Source: an uncultured Gemmatimonadales bacterium
GTDB taxonomy: Bacteria; Gemmatimonadota; Gemmatimonadetes; Gemmatimonadales; GWC2-71-9
Assembly: GCA_963698975.1 (NCBI GenBank)
Contig: CAVOSV010000001.1
Coordinates: 858,856 to 922,855 of the forward strand
DNA: 64,000 bases
Direction: 5' to 3'
A model generated the notes under the pieces. That model made no database searches. It saw only the letters and a program-made list of their open reading frames with translations, and was not told where the DNA came from. The number at the start of each line of letters is the position of its first letter. Position 1 is the stretch's first letter. The position numbers and the translations under genes were made by a program. Positions 12,067 to 24,283 of this stretch are shown piece after piece.

Positions 12067-13945
12067 ACCCCGAAGAATTCGGCAACCGCCTTCGCATCGC
12101 GCACGATCGCATCGCCTACCTCACGAACAGCGAAGATGTCGATGCCGAGCACGCCACCGAGGAGCTGCACTCGGCCCTGGAGGAGTTGCGGGTAGCCGAC
12201 GAGGAGCTCCGGAGCCAGAACGAAGAGCTGGCCGCCGCGCACTCCCAGGTCGAAGCCGAGCGCCAGCGCTATCACGAGCTCTTTGATCTGGCGCCGGATG
12301 CCTACATCGTGACCAACCTTGCCGGGCATCATCGACGAAGCCAATCTGTCGGCCTCCAGACTGTTGGGTATCACGCGGGAGTTCCTGATCGGGAAAGCCC
12401 TGGCGGCCTATGTCGCGGCCGACGATCGGGTCCGGTTCCGATCGTTGCTGGGGTCTCCTGGTGGAGGCGGCGCCACCCGTCCCCTGGCCTTCAGGCTCCG
12501 AACCCGCGGCGGAGCCAATTTGCACGTGGAGCTGACCTATTCGATCATGAACGACGCGCGGGGCAGCTCCGGTCGGATTTCGGTGGATCCTCCGAGACGT
12601 CACCGAGCAGGAACGGATGGCCCGGCAGATCCGGTCGCTCAACGCTGAGCTCGAATCCCGCGTGGCCGAGCGCACCGGCGCTCTCGAGGCAGCCCAAGAA
12701 TTGTCCGAGGAGCTCCTGCGGCGGGAACAGACCGCCCGCCGCGCCGCCGAAGCCAGCGAGGCCCAGTCTCGACATGTGCAGAAGCTGGAGAGCATCGGCG
12801 TGCTGGCCGGAGGCATTGCCCACGATTTCAATAATCTGCTCCACGTGATCCTGGGGAACGCAGACATCGCCCTCAGCCGTCTTGCCGGGCGCTCTCCCGC
12901 TCGTCAGCCGCTGGAGGAGGTGATTCGAGCCACCATGCGCGCCGCCGATCTCACGCGGCAGATGCTCGCCTACTCGGGTAAGGGTGCGTTCGTCGTTCGC
13001 AACCTGGACCTCTCCAATGAAGTGAGAGAGATGGCAACCCTGCTGCGCACCGCCATCAGCAAGCAGGCCACTCTGGTCTGGGAACTGGAAACCGATCTTC
13101 CCGCGGTAAAGGCCGACGCCACCCAGATCCGGCAAATCGTGATGAACCTGATCACCAATGCCTCCGATGCGCTACAGGACGCGGGCGGCACGATCACGCT
13201 TCGAACCGGCGTGCTCGAGCGAAGCCAGCTCAACAACCCCAACTTCGGCTCTCCGATCGGCGAAGCCGAGTCCACCGCCGACAACAGCGAGGAGATGGTC
13301 TACCTCGAGGTCCACGATACCGGCACCGGCATGACGCCGGATACCCTTCGCCGCATCTTTGACCCTTTCTTCTCCACCAAGTTCTCCGGTCGAGGGCTCG
13401 GACTATCAGCGGTCATGGGCATCGTCCGGAGCCACCATGGACTGATCCGCATCCGCACCGAGCCAGGATGGGGTACCAGTTTTCAGGTCCTCTTCCCCTC
13501 GGTAAGGGGAACAGTGACAAAACAGGAGAAGCCTTCCGCTGCGCGGAGCGAATGGCGGGGTGAGGGAACGATCCTCGTGGTCGAAGACGAGGAGGAGGTG
13601 CGGGAAGTGGCCGAGCGCATCCTCCAGGATTTCGGCTTCCAGACTATTCCTGCGGTAGACGGACGGGATGCCCTCGACATCATGGAGAGCAGCGGTAGCG
13701 CGATGACCGCGATCCTGATGGACCTCTCGATGCCGAGAATGGGAGGCCAGGAGGTGCTGCGGCAGCTACGGCAGCGCTGGCCCGACCTACCTGTCATCAT
13801 GATGAGCGGGTACACCGAGGAGTCCGTCGCCTCCCAGTTCAGCGATGCCGGCCCGGGCGTCACCGCGTTTCTGCAAAAGCCCTTCTTCGCGGAAGACCTC
13901 ATTGGGGTCCTTCGCCGCGTTCTGGTTACCGCCGCACTCAATTAG
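12063..13945 (+). CDS. Coiled-coil/PAS hybrid histidine kinase (frameshifted)
   Basis: ALEELRVADEELRSQNEEL, PAS (FDLAPDAYIVT), LAGGIAHDFNN, FDPFFSTKFSGRGLGL, receiver ILVVEDE...QKPF. Confidence 0.88.
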
Positions 13946-14209
13946 CTGGTTCTCAGTGCAACTTCGCCGCTGAGGCGCATCTCCCCTTTCCTGGACGGAG
14001 CCAGGTGCGCCCCCGCCCGGGAGAGTTGTCGTTTCTTCCGATCTAGCATGTAGTTACATCAGGATCCGGCTGCTGCCAACCTCCAGATGGGGGCTACCAG
14101 CACGATCGGCGTCACCGCTCCACCAGCCCCGACACGGGCATATTATTGGTGGTACGACTGTTGCCGGGGTTGGAGCATCTTGACCTTCGGGATATCACTG
14201 AAGAGGTAC

Positions 14210-14707
14210 ATGACGGCCGATCTCACCCAGCTCTTCGAGCAATACTATGGCTCGCTCGTCCGGATGCTGTACCGCCGAACGGGAGACCGGGATCGCGCCG
14301 AGGATCTGGCTCAGGAGACCTTTGCCCGCGCCGTCGCGGCACCACCCAACAACCCTCGTCCGTGGCTGTTCGCCGTCGCGTTGAACCTGGTCCGGGAAGA
14401 TGGCCGCAGGAACGTGCGCCAAGGTCGGCGCCTCGAGCTACTCCGGGCCGACGCCACGCCAGCTCAAGGGCCGGATGAAGATTTCGACCGGAACGAGCGG
14501 AGCGCCGGAGTGCGGGCCGCTTTAGCCACACTGACTGAACGGGACCGCGAGGCGTTGCTGCTCAAAGCCGAGGGGTTCAATTACGGAGAGATCGCTGCCA
14601 CCTTGGGACTCTCCAAAGGCGCTGTGGGGACCACGCTGGCCCGGGCCCGACGCCGGCTGGTGGAAGCATATAGAGCGGAAGGACGGGGCAAGAATGTCGC
14701 ATCTTGA
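14210..14707 (+). CDS. ECF RNA polymerase sigma-70 factor
   Basis: AEDLAQETF region 2, PWLFAVALN, region 4 REALLLKAEGFNYGEIAATLGLSKGAVGTTLARAR. Confidence 0.92.
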   Translation: MTADLTQLFEQYYGSLVRMLYRRTGDRDRAEDLAQETFARAVAAPPNNPRPWLFAVALNLVREDGRRNVRQGRRLELLRADATPAQGPDEDFDRNERSAGVRAALATLTERDREALLLKAEGFNYGEIAATLGLSKGAVGTTLARARRRLVEAYRAEGRGKNVAS

Positions 14708-15959
14708 TGAAGGTACGCTGCACGCGCTCCTCGACGGTGAGCTGGATCTCGCGGAAGTAAGCGAGATCCAGAAGCACCTTGGTAGCTGTGTAGCCTGCGG
14801 CTCCCGTCTGCAGGAGGTAAAGCAGGTGCTCGCTGAGGCCGACCGCCTGGTCGGAGCCATGGAAGTGCCGGCCAGCGCTCCGCGAAGCCGGCACGGAGCC
14901 TCTCCGATCAGAGCCACCGCCACTCCGCCTCCCCGGCCGGCCCACGAGCCGGTGGCATGGGATGAGCCACCAGTGCTCCTGGTGCCCGATCCGATCGATG
15001 CGCATGCCACCCGAAGACGCTGGATTCGGGGCCTGGCCATGGCGGCAGTCCTGGCCGGAGTGCTCGCTGGAGGCAAGCTCATCGGGCGCGCCCTGCAGCC
15101 GAGCCATCCGATGCTGTCGGACCGGGATCTCACCTCGGTTTCGCAGCCAACCGCTCAAGCTCCGGTGGTGAGCCCTGAGGAGAGCCGGAAGCCCGAGTCT
15201 ACCCTTGCCACTCGAGAGAACAAGACAGAACCGCATCCAGCCGCAGCGAGCACCAGCGCCAGTGTCCACGCCCGCGCCGGCCCGAGCCAAGGTTGCGGTA
15301 GATACGACGTCCAACCTGGCGGCCGACCAGGAAGATTCCGCCGCGTCGGATTCGGCAGCAGCAGACTCCTCCTCGCTGGCCGAGGCTGCCAGTGACAGCG
15401 CCATCAATGTGGCGGCAGCTGCGGACTCGCCCAGCGGCGGACAGTCGCGAGCGTTCGTCGAGCGATGCGGATGCTCTGGCCACCCGGCGCGCCGCAGCAG
15501 CAGCGCTGGCCGAGCTGGATCGGGAGAGACAGCGGCAGCGAGCCAACGCCGCTACCGCCGCCCTGCCACCCACTCGGGTTGAGCCGGAGTCTGAACCGCC
15601 TCCCCGGCCACCTACGCTGGAGCAGCGGTCTCAGGTCTATATGCGAATCGGGCTGGATGAGGCAGTGAAGCAGCTGGGTGGGCCGGCGCACGTGATCGAG
15701 GGGATGACGCCGGAGCTCATCGGGTTGACCCGTACCCAGCTGATCCCGGGAACCACGTCCGGCCGTCCGGTGGTACGAGTGGTGTATGTCGATAATAGAG
15801 GCCGGCTGATTCTCCTCGATCAGCAGCGAATGGCCTCGGGCCAGGCACTCAGCGCTCCCGGCGGGGAGCCTGCGCTGGGCCATCGGAGACGTAATGCTAT
15901 ATCTGCGGGGGGAGCCGAGTCCCGACGTGCTCAGGAGCTTGCAGGCAAGGGTGAGGTGA
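14694..15959 (+). CDS. Zn-finger (zf-HC2/ZAS) transmembrane anti-sigma factor (frameshifted)
   Basis: MSHLDEGTLHALLDGEL...HLGSCVAC (HxxxCxxC), TM helix, Ala/Ser/Asp-rich linker, C-terminal domain; overlaps the sigma gene. Confidence 0.8.
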
Positions 15960-18441
15960 CCTTCTCGTTCTGGTCCAACACCTCTCGCACCTTCCGCATC
16001 AAATCTTCCGGCGTAAACGGCTTCTGAATGAACGCGGCGTCCTGCCGGCTGATGCCGCGGCGAACCACCTCATCGGTGGTATATCCCGAGATGTAGAGGA
16101 CCTTGAGGCCGGGCCGCTCGGCCAAGAATTGATCGGCCAGCTCGCTCGCCCCCATCTCGGGCATGACCACATCGGACAACAGAAGCTCGATCGGATGTTT
16201 GTAGTCGGCTGCGATTGCCAGGGCGTCGCGCCCGTGCCGCGCTTCCAGTACCGTGTGCCCACCGTCGGTCAGGATCTTCCAGATCAGCTCCCGCACCCCA
16301 TCTTCGTCTTCCACCAGCAGCACGGTTTCGTCACCCCGCATTGTAGTCGACGTTTCCGATGCACTCTGCACGTCCGGCTCTGACAGGGGGAAGAAAATCT
16401 TCACGGTCGTACCGAGTCCGGGCTCGCTCGACACCCGGACCACACCTCCGTTCTGCTTCACGATACCGTAGATGATGGACAGGCCTAGACCCGGTGCGAG
16501 TCCCTGGGGTTTGCGAGGTGTAGAACGGCTCGAACATGTGGGACATGGTATCACTATCCATTCCGCTACCCGTATCACTCACTGCCAACACCACGTATCG
16601 GCCGGGCTTCACCGAACGGCCGCGAGACGACCCGCTGATCTGCCGCTCTCCCGTTTCAATCGTCAGGGTTCCGCCCGATGGCATGGCGTCACGGGCGTTG
16701 AGAACCAGGTTGACCAGCACCTGCTCCAGCTGGGCCGGGTCCATTTTCACCTCGCCCAGTCCGGGGCGCAGCTCCGTGACAAGGTTGATGTCGGCGCCGA
16801 TGAGACGCTGAATGAGACCCTGCATGCCGGTAACTACCGTATTCAGCTGGAGGGGCCGGGGGTTCTGATTCTGCTGTCGGCCAAAGCTCAGGAGCTGCCG
16901 GGTGAGAATCGCTCCCCGATCGGCTGCCTTACGAATCTGCTCTATGTCTTTCCGTTTCCGGTCATCAACGGGCGTGTCGCGCAGCAGGAGATCGCTGAAG
17001 CCGCGAATGGTAGTCAGCAGATTGTTGAAGTCGTGCGCCACGCCCCCAGCGAGCCGGCCGGCCGCATCCATCCGCTGGACCTGCCGCAGCTGTTCCTCAC
17101 TCTGGTGCAATGCGGCTCTGGTTCGGGTGCGCTCGCTGATGTCGGTGGCCAGCACCAGGCGTGCCCTCCGCCCATTCCAGTCCATCTCGTGGGAAACCAG
17201 CTCCATGTCCACAATGCTGCCGTCCTTCCGTTGGTGCTGGATCAGGGCTACGTCGCCCCGCGCGGTGCCGGTCCGCTCCAGCCCATGGTGAACGCCGGGA
17301 GCATCATCAGGTGGCAGAATGTCCATGATCGTCATGGACAGGAGTTCGTCCCGGCCGTAGCCGTAGTGGCGAATGGCGGCCTCGTTCACGTCGAGGAAGG
17401 CCAGAGTGTCGATGTCGAATACCCACATGGGCTGGGGATTGCTGCCGAACAGCATCCCGTAGCGCTCGTTGGCTTCCTCGACATCGCGCTGCAGCCGGCC
17501 GTTCTCGACCGACAATGAGGCGCGGCCCGCCAGTTCCTGCGCAAAGTTGAGGTCGTCGGGTCCGTAGACTCGCCCGGACTCCGGACCAGCCACCAGCGTC
17601 AGCATTCCCGCGGTCTGGCCGCGAGCCAGCAGCGGCACCCGAATGAAAGATCCCGGCGTGAGGACCCGGAGCAGCTTGAGCTGCTCGGGTCTTCAGCGTT
17701 GGCCCGGAGCAGCTCGTCCGTCACCGGGCCGAAACTTCCCCCCTCTGAACGGCCGAAGGGGGGACGCTGAGAGCCATACTCACAGACCACCCGAACCAGC
17801 AGGTCCTTGGCCGGATCGCGATGGGCAGCGGCAACGAATTGGAGGTGGCCCTGCTCGTTGGCAATGTGGATGACACACCAGTCGGCCAGAGTAGGCACGC
17901 TCAGGCGGGCGAGGTTCCGCAGCGTGGCCTCGTGATCCAGCGAGGCGGCCAGGATCACGTTTGCCTCGGCAAAGAAGGAGAGCCGGCGATCCAGCCGCTC
18001 CGCCTCCGCCCGGGAGAACTCGAGGCCGCGCGCCCGCTCCGCGGCGTCTCTCATCCTGGCAACCAGGAAAACGGTAAGAGGAAAAATCAGGAGAAAGCCC
18101 AGCAGCGTGTAGGCGTTTTCGGGGGTGTAGCGAAGAATGAATCCCGGCTCCGCCAGGTAGTGCCGGGCGTATAACAGGGAGACTACGGCACTGGCGATCC
18201 CCCACCGCAGGCCGCCCCTGTAGGTGGAGTAGACGACGGTGAGCAGCAGAAAGGCAAAGGGGTGCACGACCGGCATGCTGTGCCGGGCGAGTTGGTCGAA
18301 CACGATCGCGGTAGCAATGGTGAGGAGAAAGCCCTTGGCGCCGACACCCAACCGGGCCCAGTCCATCCTGGAGCGCACGCGCGCCGCGCGAGCCAGAATA
18401 TCTGATCCGATGATCCGGTGTGCGGCCCCGCTGTCAGTCAT
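15931..18441 (-). CDS. Membrane (DUF4118-like)/GAF/PAS hybrid histidine kinase (frameshifted)
   Basis: N-terminal TM helices, PTLADWC GAF, PAS (NPQPMWVFDIDTLAFLDVNEAA), AHDFNN, receiver ETVLLVEDE. Confidence 0.88.
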
Positions 18442-18638
18442 GTGGCTCCGAAATCCGGCGGATATGCCTGAAGGAGTGCCGGAACTAACCAAGTTCAATG
18501 TAAGGGTATCGCTGGTCTGTGACCCGCCACACACCAGACTCCTTGCGACCACTCGCAGGGCGCGGTAAGCTATCCGCCGTTCCCCCATATCGCGGCACCC
18601 CCAGTCGCCCTTCGGTTCTTGAAAGGGATTCTCGCGCC

Positions 18639-21600
18639 ATGGACCCACGCCGACGTTCTGTCTTCTCCGCCCTCTCCATCGTCGCCTGCCTGCTGGCGGC
18701 GCCTTCCCTCGCCTCGGCCCAGGCCCAGGCCACTACTGGTGTGATCAGAGGTACCGTGACGGACTCAACCGGCCATCCGCTGGCTGACGCCCACGTGTCG
18801 CTGCGCCACCTCTCCACCAATGCGGAGCGCACCCTTACCACCAATGCCAGCGGAGTCTACATCGCCACTCTGCTTCGGGTGGGTACCTACGATGTTGCAG
18901 CCAGAGCGGTGGGGTTTCAGGAGAGCCGGCGGGATAGCGTTAACGTGCGGCTGGGCGAGACGGTGGAAATCAACTTCGCTTTGGCTCCCCAGGTGGTGCA
19001 GCTGCAAGAGCTCACGGTGGCAGCGCCGGAGCGCGGGGTAGACCCGACGCAGTCGGAATCGGCTACCCGACTCGGGGTGGAAGCCGTGCAAGGGCTGCCC
19101 AACAACGGCCGCAATATCTTCAACTACACCACGCTTACCCCGAACGTTGCTACCGTCCAGGGTCCCGACGGGGACGAGATCAGCATCGGCGGCCAGCGCG
19201 GCATCCACAACAACGTGTCGGTGGATGGAGCCGACTTCAACAATCCATTCTTCGGTGAACAGCGCGGCGGCCAGCGGCCGGCCTTCACCTTCAACCTCGA
19301 CGCGGTCCAGGACTTTGTCGTGGTATCGGACGGCGCCAACGCCGAGTTCGGACGCTCGGGCGGGGGGTTCGTCAACATCATCACCAAGTCGGGCACCAAC
19401 CAGTTCCACGGCTCGGCTCATTACTTCGGCAAGTACGACGCACTGTCGGCCGACTTCACCCACACCTTCCCCGCCGGCGGCACGACCGGCTTCACGCCTG
19501 ATTTCCAGCAACATCAGTTCGGCGCCACCCTCGGCGGCCCCATCGTCCGGGACAAGGCGTTCTTCTTCCTGGCGTACGATCAGCAGGTCTATAACGAGAC
19601 CAAGCAAACCGACCGCCTGGGGGCAATCGACCCCGCCCTCCTCGCCTTCGTGGACACCGCGTTTAGCGGAGCCTTGCAGGGAGATTTCGGCGCGATCCGC
19701 CGCACCAATGATGCGAATGCCTTCCTGGCCAAGCTCGACTTCAAGCTCGGTGGCAAGAGCAACGCATCGCTCAAATACAACTACACCAATTCCCGCCAGG
19801 AGAACGGCACGTTCGACGTAGACTTCTGGGGCCGCAGTGCCAACGGGCTCGAGCGCGACTTCTCCCACGCCGTGAACGGCAGCCTGACCACACTCTTCAG
19901 CTCGGCGCTCTCCAACGAGTTCCGTTTCCAGTGGGCGCGGGAGGATAGGCCGCGACCCTACGAAGGGGCAACCAACCCAGCTGTAGGCCGCCCCTTCCCC
20001 GACACCGACATCGGGTTTGTGGCCCCCGACGCCTCTTTTCAGGGCTACCGGATCGGCATGCCGTTCTTCATTCCCGTGGATGCCCACGACTATCGCTTTC
20101 AGGTGCTGGACAACGTATCGATGGTCAGCGGCAACCATCTGTTCAAGTTTGGCGGAGAGTGGAACCGGACGGGGGTCGATCAGACCTTCAGGGGGTTCGG
20201 CAATGGGCGGATCGGATTTACCTCGGTACCCGGATTCCTGAGCTACGTTGCCAACCCGGGGTACGTCGAGTGCTCCGACGGCAGCTCGAATACCAGCGGC
20301 GCCTGTCCTGGAGGAACTACGATCACCGGACCCGTGGCGCTCTACCTCCAGCAGGCAGGGCTCAACGGACTGACCGTGGATGAGGCGGGCACACAGACCA
20401 TCATTCAGAATGAGCTTGCGCTTTTCCTCCAGGACAACTGGAAACCACAGTCCAACCTGACGCTCAACTACGGGTTGCGCTGGGAGGCGCAGATCGAGCC
20501 GAGTCTGATCACGCCAATACCCCAACTGTTCTATCAGCCGCTGATCGGCACCACCTCGGTTACGCCGAAAGGGAGCTTCGAATTCCCCGGCAAGGGGACC
20601 ATTCCCTCCGACTACAACATGTTCCAGCCCCGGCTGGGCATTGCCTATGACATCAACGGCAACGGCAAGCAGGTCATCCGGGCCAACGCCGGTATTTACT
20701 ACGCGCGCATTCCGGGCCTGAATCTGGCCAGCAGCCGGAGCACCGACGGATCACGGGGCCAGAGCATCTTCCGCAACAGCGCGCTCACGCCGATTCTGGG
20801 GGCGCCGCCGGCCTATGGGCAATTGCTGCCGACGCCGCCGGGGGCACCCTTCGAGCCGGGAATTTTCGTGTTCGACAAGGACTTCGTGAATCCCCGCACT
20901 TTCACCGCGACGCTTGGCTACGAGCGGGAGATCGGGAAGGGCATTGCGGCCGGCATCAGCTATACCCATGCGCGGACTGACAACCTGACTCGCTTCTTCA
21001 ATGCCAACGACCCGGTATTCGGCAACGACACCGTGGGCCCCTGGTCTACCGCCTTTGCGCCCGGGGGCGCACCGGGGCTGGGAAGCTTGACCGTTGTCCA
21101 GAGCACGGCGAGGTCCCGCTTCAACGGCATTACTGCGGAGCTCCGGCGCTCGCTGAACGCCCGCCTCGAGTTCCAGCTGAATTACACCCTGAGCTGGGAC
21201 AAGGCCGACGATGACAACGAGCGCGATCCCTTCACCTTCCGCTACGCCAGGGCCGACTCGCTGGAGAAGGAATACAGCTGGAGCGACCGCGACCAGCGCC
21301 ACCGCTTCAATGCCTGGGTGCTGGCGGTTCTCCCGGGCGATGTCTTCCTCAACAACCGTTTGAGCGCCTACTCCGCCCAGCCAACCTCAGAGGTCTGCGG
21401 CCCGGCAAATGTGGGTACCGGTGTACGCGCCTCCCAGCCGTCGCAGCGCATCTGTCCCGATGGGCACGTGCTCCAGCGCAACACGATCCGCCGAGATAAT
21501 GCCTACTTCTCCTGGGACATCCGTCTGTCCAAGCCGCTGTATTTCGCCCGCGATCGTGCGCTGGAGCTGATCTTCGAGGGATTCAACATCACCAATCACG

Positions 21601-21713
21601 ACAACTTCAAGGATCCCTCCACGGCCGGCACCTTCCTGGTGTTCGACGGAACCATCAGGAGCGGACTGGGAGAGCCGCGGCAGTTCCAGGCGGGCGTGCG
21701 CTACATCTTCTGA
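18639..21713 (+). CDS. Oar-like TonB-dependent receptor with N-terminal carboxypeptidase-regulatory-like domain
   Basis: Signal peptide, GVIRGTVTDSTG, VDGADFNN, AEFGRSGGGFVNIITKSGTN plug, C-terminal PRQFQAGVRYIF. Confidence 0.92.
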   Translation: MDPRRRSVFSALSIVACLLAAPSLASAQAQATTGVIRGTVTDSTGHPLADAHVSLRHLSTNAERTLTTNASGVYIATLLRVGTYDVAARAVGFQESRRDSVNVRLGETVEINFALAPQVVQLQELTVAAPERGVDPTQSESATRLGVEAVQGLPNNGRNIFNYTTLTPNVATVQGPDGDEISIGGQRGIHNNVSVDGADFNNPFFGEQRGGQRPAFTFNLDAVQDFVVVSDGANAEFGRSGGGFVNIITKSGTNQFHGSAHYFGKYDALSADFTHTFPAGGTTGFTPDFQQHQFGATLGGPIVRDKAFFFLAYDQQVYNETKQTDRLGAIDPALLAFVDTAFSGALQGDFGAIRRTNDANAFLAKLDFKLGGKSNASLKYNYTNSRQENGTFDVDFWGRSANGLERDFSHAVNGSLTTLFSSALSNEFRFQWAREDRPRPYEGATNPAVGRPFPDTDIGFVAPDASFQGYRIGMPFFIPVDAHDYRFQVLDNVSMVSGNHLFKFGGEWNRTGVDQTFRGFGNGRIGFTSVPGFLSYVANPGYVECSDGSSNTSGACPGGTTITGPVALYLQQAGLNGLTVDEAGTQTIIQNELALFLQDNWKPQSNLTLNYGLRWEAQIEPSLITPIPQLFYQPLIGTTSVTPKGSFEFPGKGTIPSDYNMFQPRLGIAYDINGNGKQVIRANAGIYYARIPGLNLASSRSTDGSRGQSIFRNSALTPILGAPPAYGQLLPTPPGAPFEPGIFVFDKDFVNPRTFTATLGYEREIGKGIAAGISYTHARTDNLTRFFNANDPVFGNDTVGPWSTAFAPGGAPGLGSLTVVQSTARSRFNGITAELRRSLNARLEFQLNYTLSWDKADDDNERDPFTFRYARADSLEKEYSWSDRDQRHRFNAWVLAVLPGDVFLNNRLSAYSAQPTSEVCGPANVGTGVRASQPSQRICPDGHVLQRNTIRRDNAYFSWDIRLSKPLYFARDRALELIFEGFNITNHDNFKDPSTAGTFLVFDGTIRSGLGEPRQFQAGVRYIF

Positions 21714-23417
21714 GCCGACCGACGAACCGGACGGGCGAACTCGCTCTTGAACTTGCGGGATCGCCCGTCGGGGAATCGCACCACCACGGAATCATCCTCG
21801 ACGTCTTCCACCTTCCCTTCCCCATGGCGGGGCAGGCTCACCCGGTCGCCTACGCTGAGGACGAATTCCGCTGGGCGGCCAGGCCTCTCGGTCTTCTCGG
21901 TGTTCTTTGTCTGCTCCGATCTCTCGAGCCCTTCCGCTCTCCGCTAAGCCCTTACTGCAATTGTCACACACACCACAACGCTCCTCGTCGGTATCCTCGG
22001 AGAAGTAATCCCGCAGCACTCGCCAGCGGCACAGCGCGCTCCGGGCATAGGCTTCCATCCGTTCCAGCTTCTCTCGGTCGCGCTCGTCCCGGCGTTGCCA
22101 TTCCGCCACCAGCCCAGCCAGTTGCGAAGGCTGTAGCGGCCGCTTCCCCAGCGCATACTGTCCCGGCCGACGCTCCCGGACGATTCCGGCCTCGACCAGC
22201 CGGGTGAGGGTCACTCTGGTCTTGGTCCTGGCCACTGGGGCGGCTCGTTCCTGCAACTTGGCCGCCGAGAAGTCCTTCTCCTCCGGCTGCAGCTCCTGGA
22301 GTGCCTGGTAGACCCACTGTACTTCCTTTTCCGAGGGATAGCGTCCGGTCATCATGAACAGCTGGGTACGGCGGTCTCGAGGATCGTACAGCAGAACGCA
22401 GCGGGCTCGCTCGCTGTCCCGCCCGGCGCGCCCCGCTTCCTGATAGTATGCCTCGAGCGATCCAGGCATGTCGTAGTGGATGACAAAGCGGATATCGGCC
22501 TTGTCGATGCCCATCCCGAATGCGTTGGTTGCCACCATGGCCTCGAGCTCCCCGGCCATGAACCGGTCCTGCGATTCCTTCCTCCGCTTTGCAGCCAGCC
22601 GGCCATGGTAGCTCAGGACTTCGAACCCCTCGCCCTGGAGGAATCCGGTAACCTCCTCGACGTGCTTGACGGTGGCGGTATAGATGATCCCACTTCCTTC
22701 GCTGCTCTCCAGAATGCGAAGGAGCTCCGCCTGTTTCTCGGTGTCTCCGCTGACGTGCTCGACCTGCAGCTCCAGGTTGGACCGATAGATCCCGGTGTCG
22801 AAGATGCGCATTTCCGGCCGGGCGAGCTGCTGCTTGATGTCGTCGATTACCTCGGGGGTGGCGGTGGCGGTCAGCGCCAAAACCGGGGGATCGCCCAATT
22901 CGGCCAGCGCGGGCCGCAGAGCCAGATAGGACGGGCGAAAATCGTGGCCCCACTGTGAAATGCAGTGCGCCTCATCAATCACCACGAAGTCGATCGTGGT
23001 GTTGCGCAGGGTCTCGAGAAATTCCGGATTGGTCAGTCGTTCCGGTGTGGTAAAGACGAAATCGCTCGCCTCCTGCTCGATCTGCTCCAGTGCGGTTTCC
23101 TCTCCCTCGGCGGACAGGGTGCTATTGACCTGTAGAGCCTCAAGGCCCCGTTCCTGCAGCTTGTCCACCTGATCCTTCATCAGGGAGATCAGGGGAGAGA
23201 CGATGATCGTGGTGCCCTCGAGATGCAGAGCAGGCAGCTGATAACAGAGAGACTTCCCCGCTCCCGTGGGCATGACGGCGAGCGTGTCCTGGCCTTCCAT
23301 TACCGACCTGATCACCTCGGCCTGGCCCGGCCGAAGCTGATCGAAGCCGAAGGTGCTTCGGAGTGACCGGTTCAAACCGGAGACTTGGGGAGATGAGGAT
23401 TTTTTCTTGACGGTCAT
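21701..23417 (-). CDS. recQ: RecQ family ATP-dependent DNA helicase (frameshift near 21940)
   Basis: MPTGAGKSLCYQLP, VIDEAHCISQWGHDFRP, ATNAFGMGIDK, YYQEAGRAGRD, Zn-binding CRW...CGVCDNC. Confidence 0.93.
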
Positions 23418-23534
23418 GGCTGCGACATGCAAAGGGGAGACAACATCGCTGGATCGGTCAGTCTGGGGCGTGATTATCTCACGCGGCGTGACTGCAATCA
23501 CATCCTAATGTCTCGGCAGGCGACAACTACAGGT

Positions 23535-24277
23535 ATGAACCAATCCTCCCCGTCGAATCGCCGATACGTCCGGAGTGGCACCGCATCCCGGCCGACGAGT
23601 GGGCCGTGTACCGCAACGTGCTGCGCCGAGCCAGCGAGCGGGGAATCCCCCTTGCATTCGGGGGGGCCTTTGCCACCGCTGAATACACCGGGGAGCTTCG
23701 TAACACCAAAGACTTTGATATCTATATTCGGCCGGTGGATCGCGCGGCCATGATCGAGGTGATGGGCGAGGCAGGGCTCACCGACCACTTCGATCGCCTG
23801 GCGTACGACCGCTCCTGGATCTACCGAGCCAGCCAGGGTGACGTCATCGTAGATGCGATCTGGGCCATGGCCAATCAGCGGGCCGAAGTCGACGAAGACT
23901 GGCTGACCCGGGGTCCCGAGGTCTCGATTCTCGGTGAGCCGCTTCGAGCCATTCCGATCGAGGAGCTGATCTGGAGCAAGCTCTACGTCATGCAACACGA
24001 GCGGTGTGACTGGACCGATATCTTCAATCTTCTGGATGCCCGGCTGGAGGCAATCGATTGGGACCGTCTGCTGAGCCGGCTCGCCGAAGACGCACCGCTG
24101 CTGGTGGGAGCCGTGTCGGTATTCAGCTGGCTTGCCCCGGATCGGGCCTCGGCTATTCCTCCTCCGGTGAGAGCCCGACTCGGGCTGAATGATCTTCCCA
24201 GCGGCAGTCCCGAGCTTTCTCGTGCCCGAGCCAACCTCCTCGACTCCCGCCCCTGGTTTATCCGGCACACCCGGTGA
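23535..24277 (+). CDS. Pol-beta superfamily nucleotidyltransferase (start uncertain, probable frameshift at 5' end)
   Basis: FGGAFA...RNTKDFDIYI (GG + DxD), VIVDAIW, EELIWSKLYVMQHERCD. Confidence 0.8.
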
Positions 24278-24283
24278 CCTGAC

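Noticed and set aside
10788-12374. 528-aa minus-strand ORF with LELLVGG repeats
   Set aside because: Reverse-complement reading of the NEELQST heptads
18765-20525. 586-aa minus-strand ORF
   Set aside because: Antisense shadow of the Oar-like receptor
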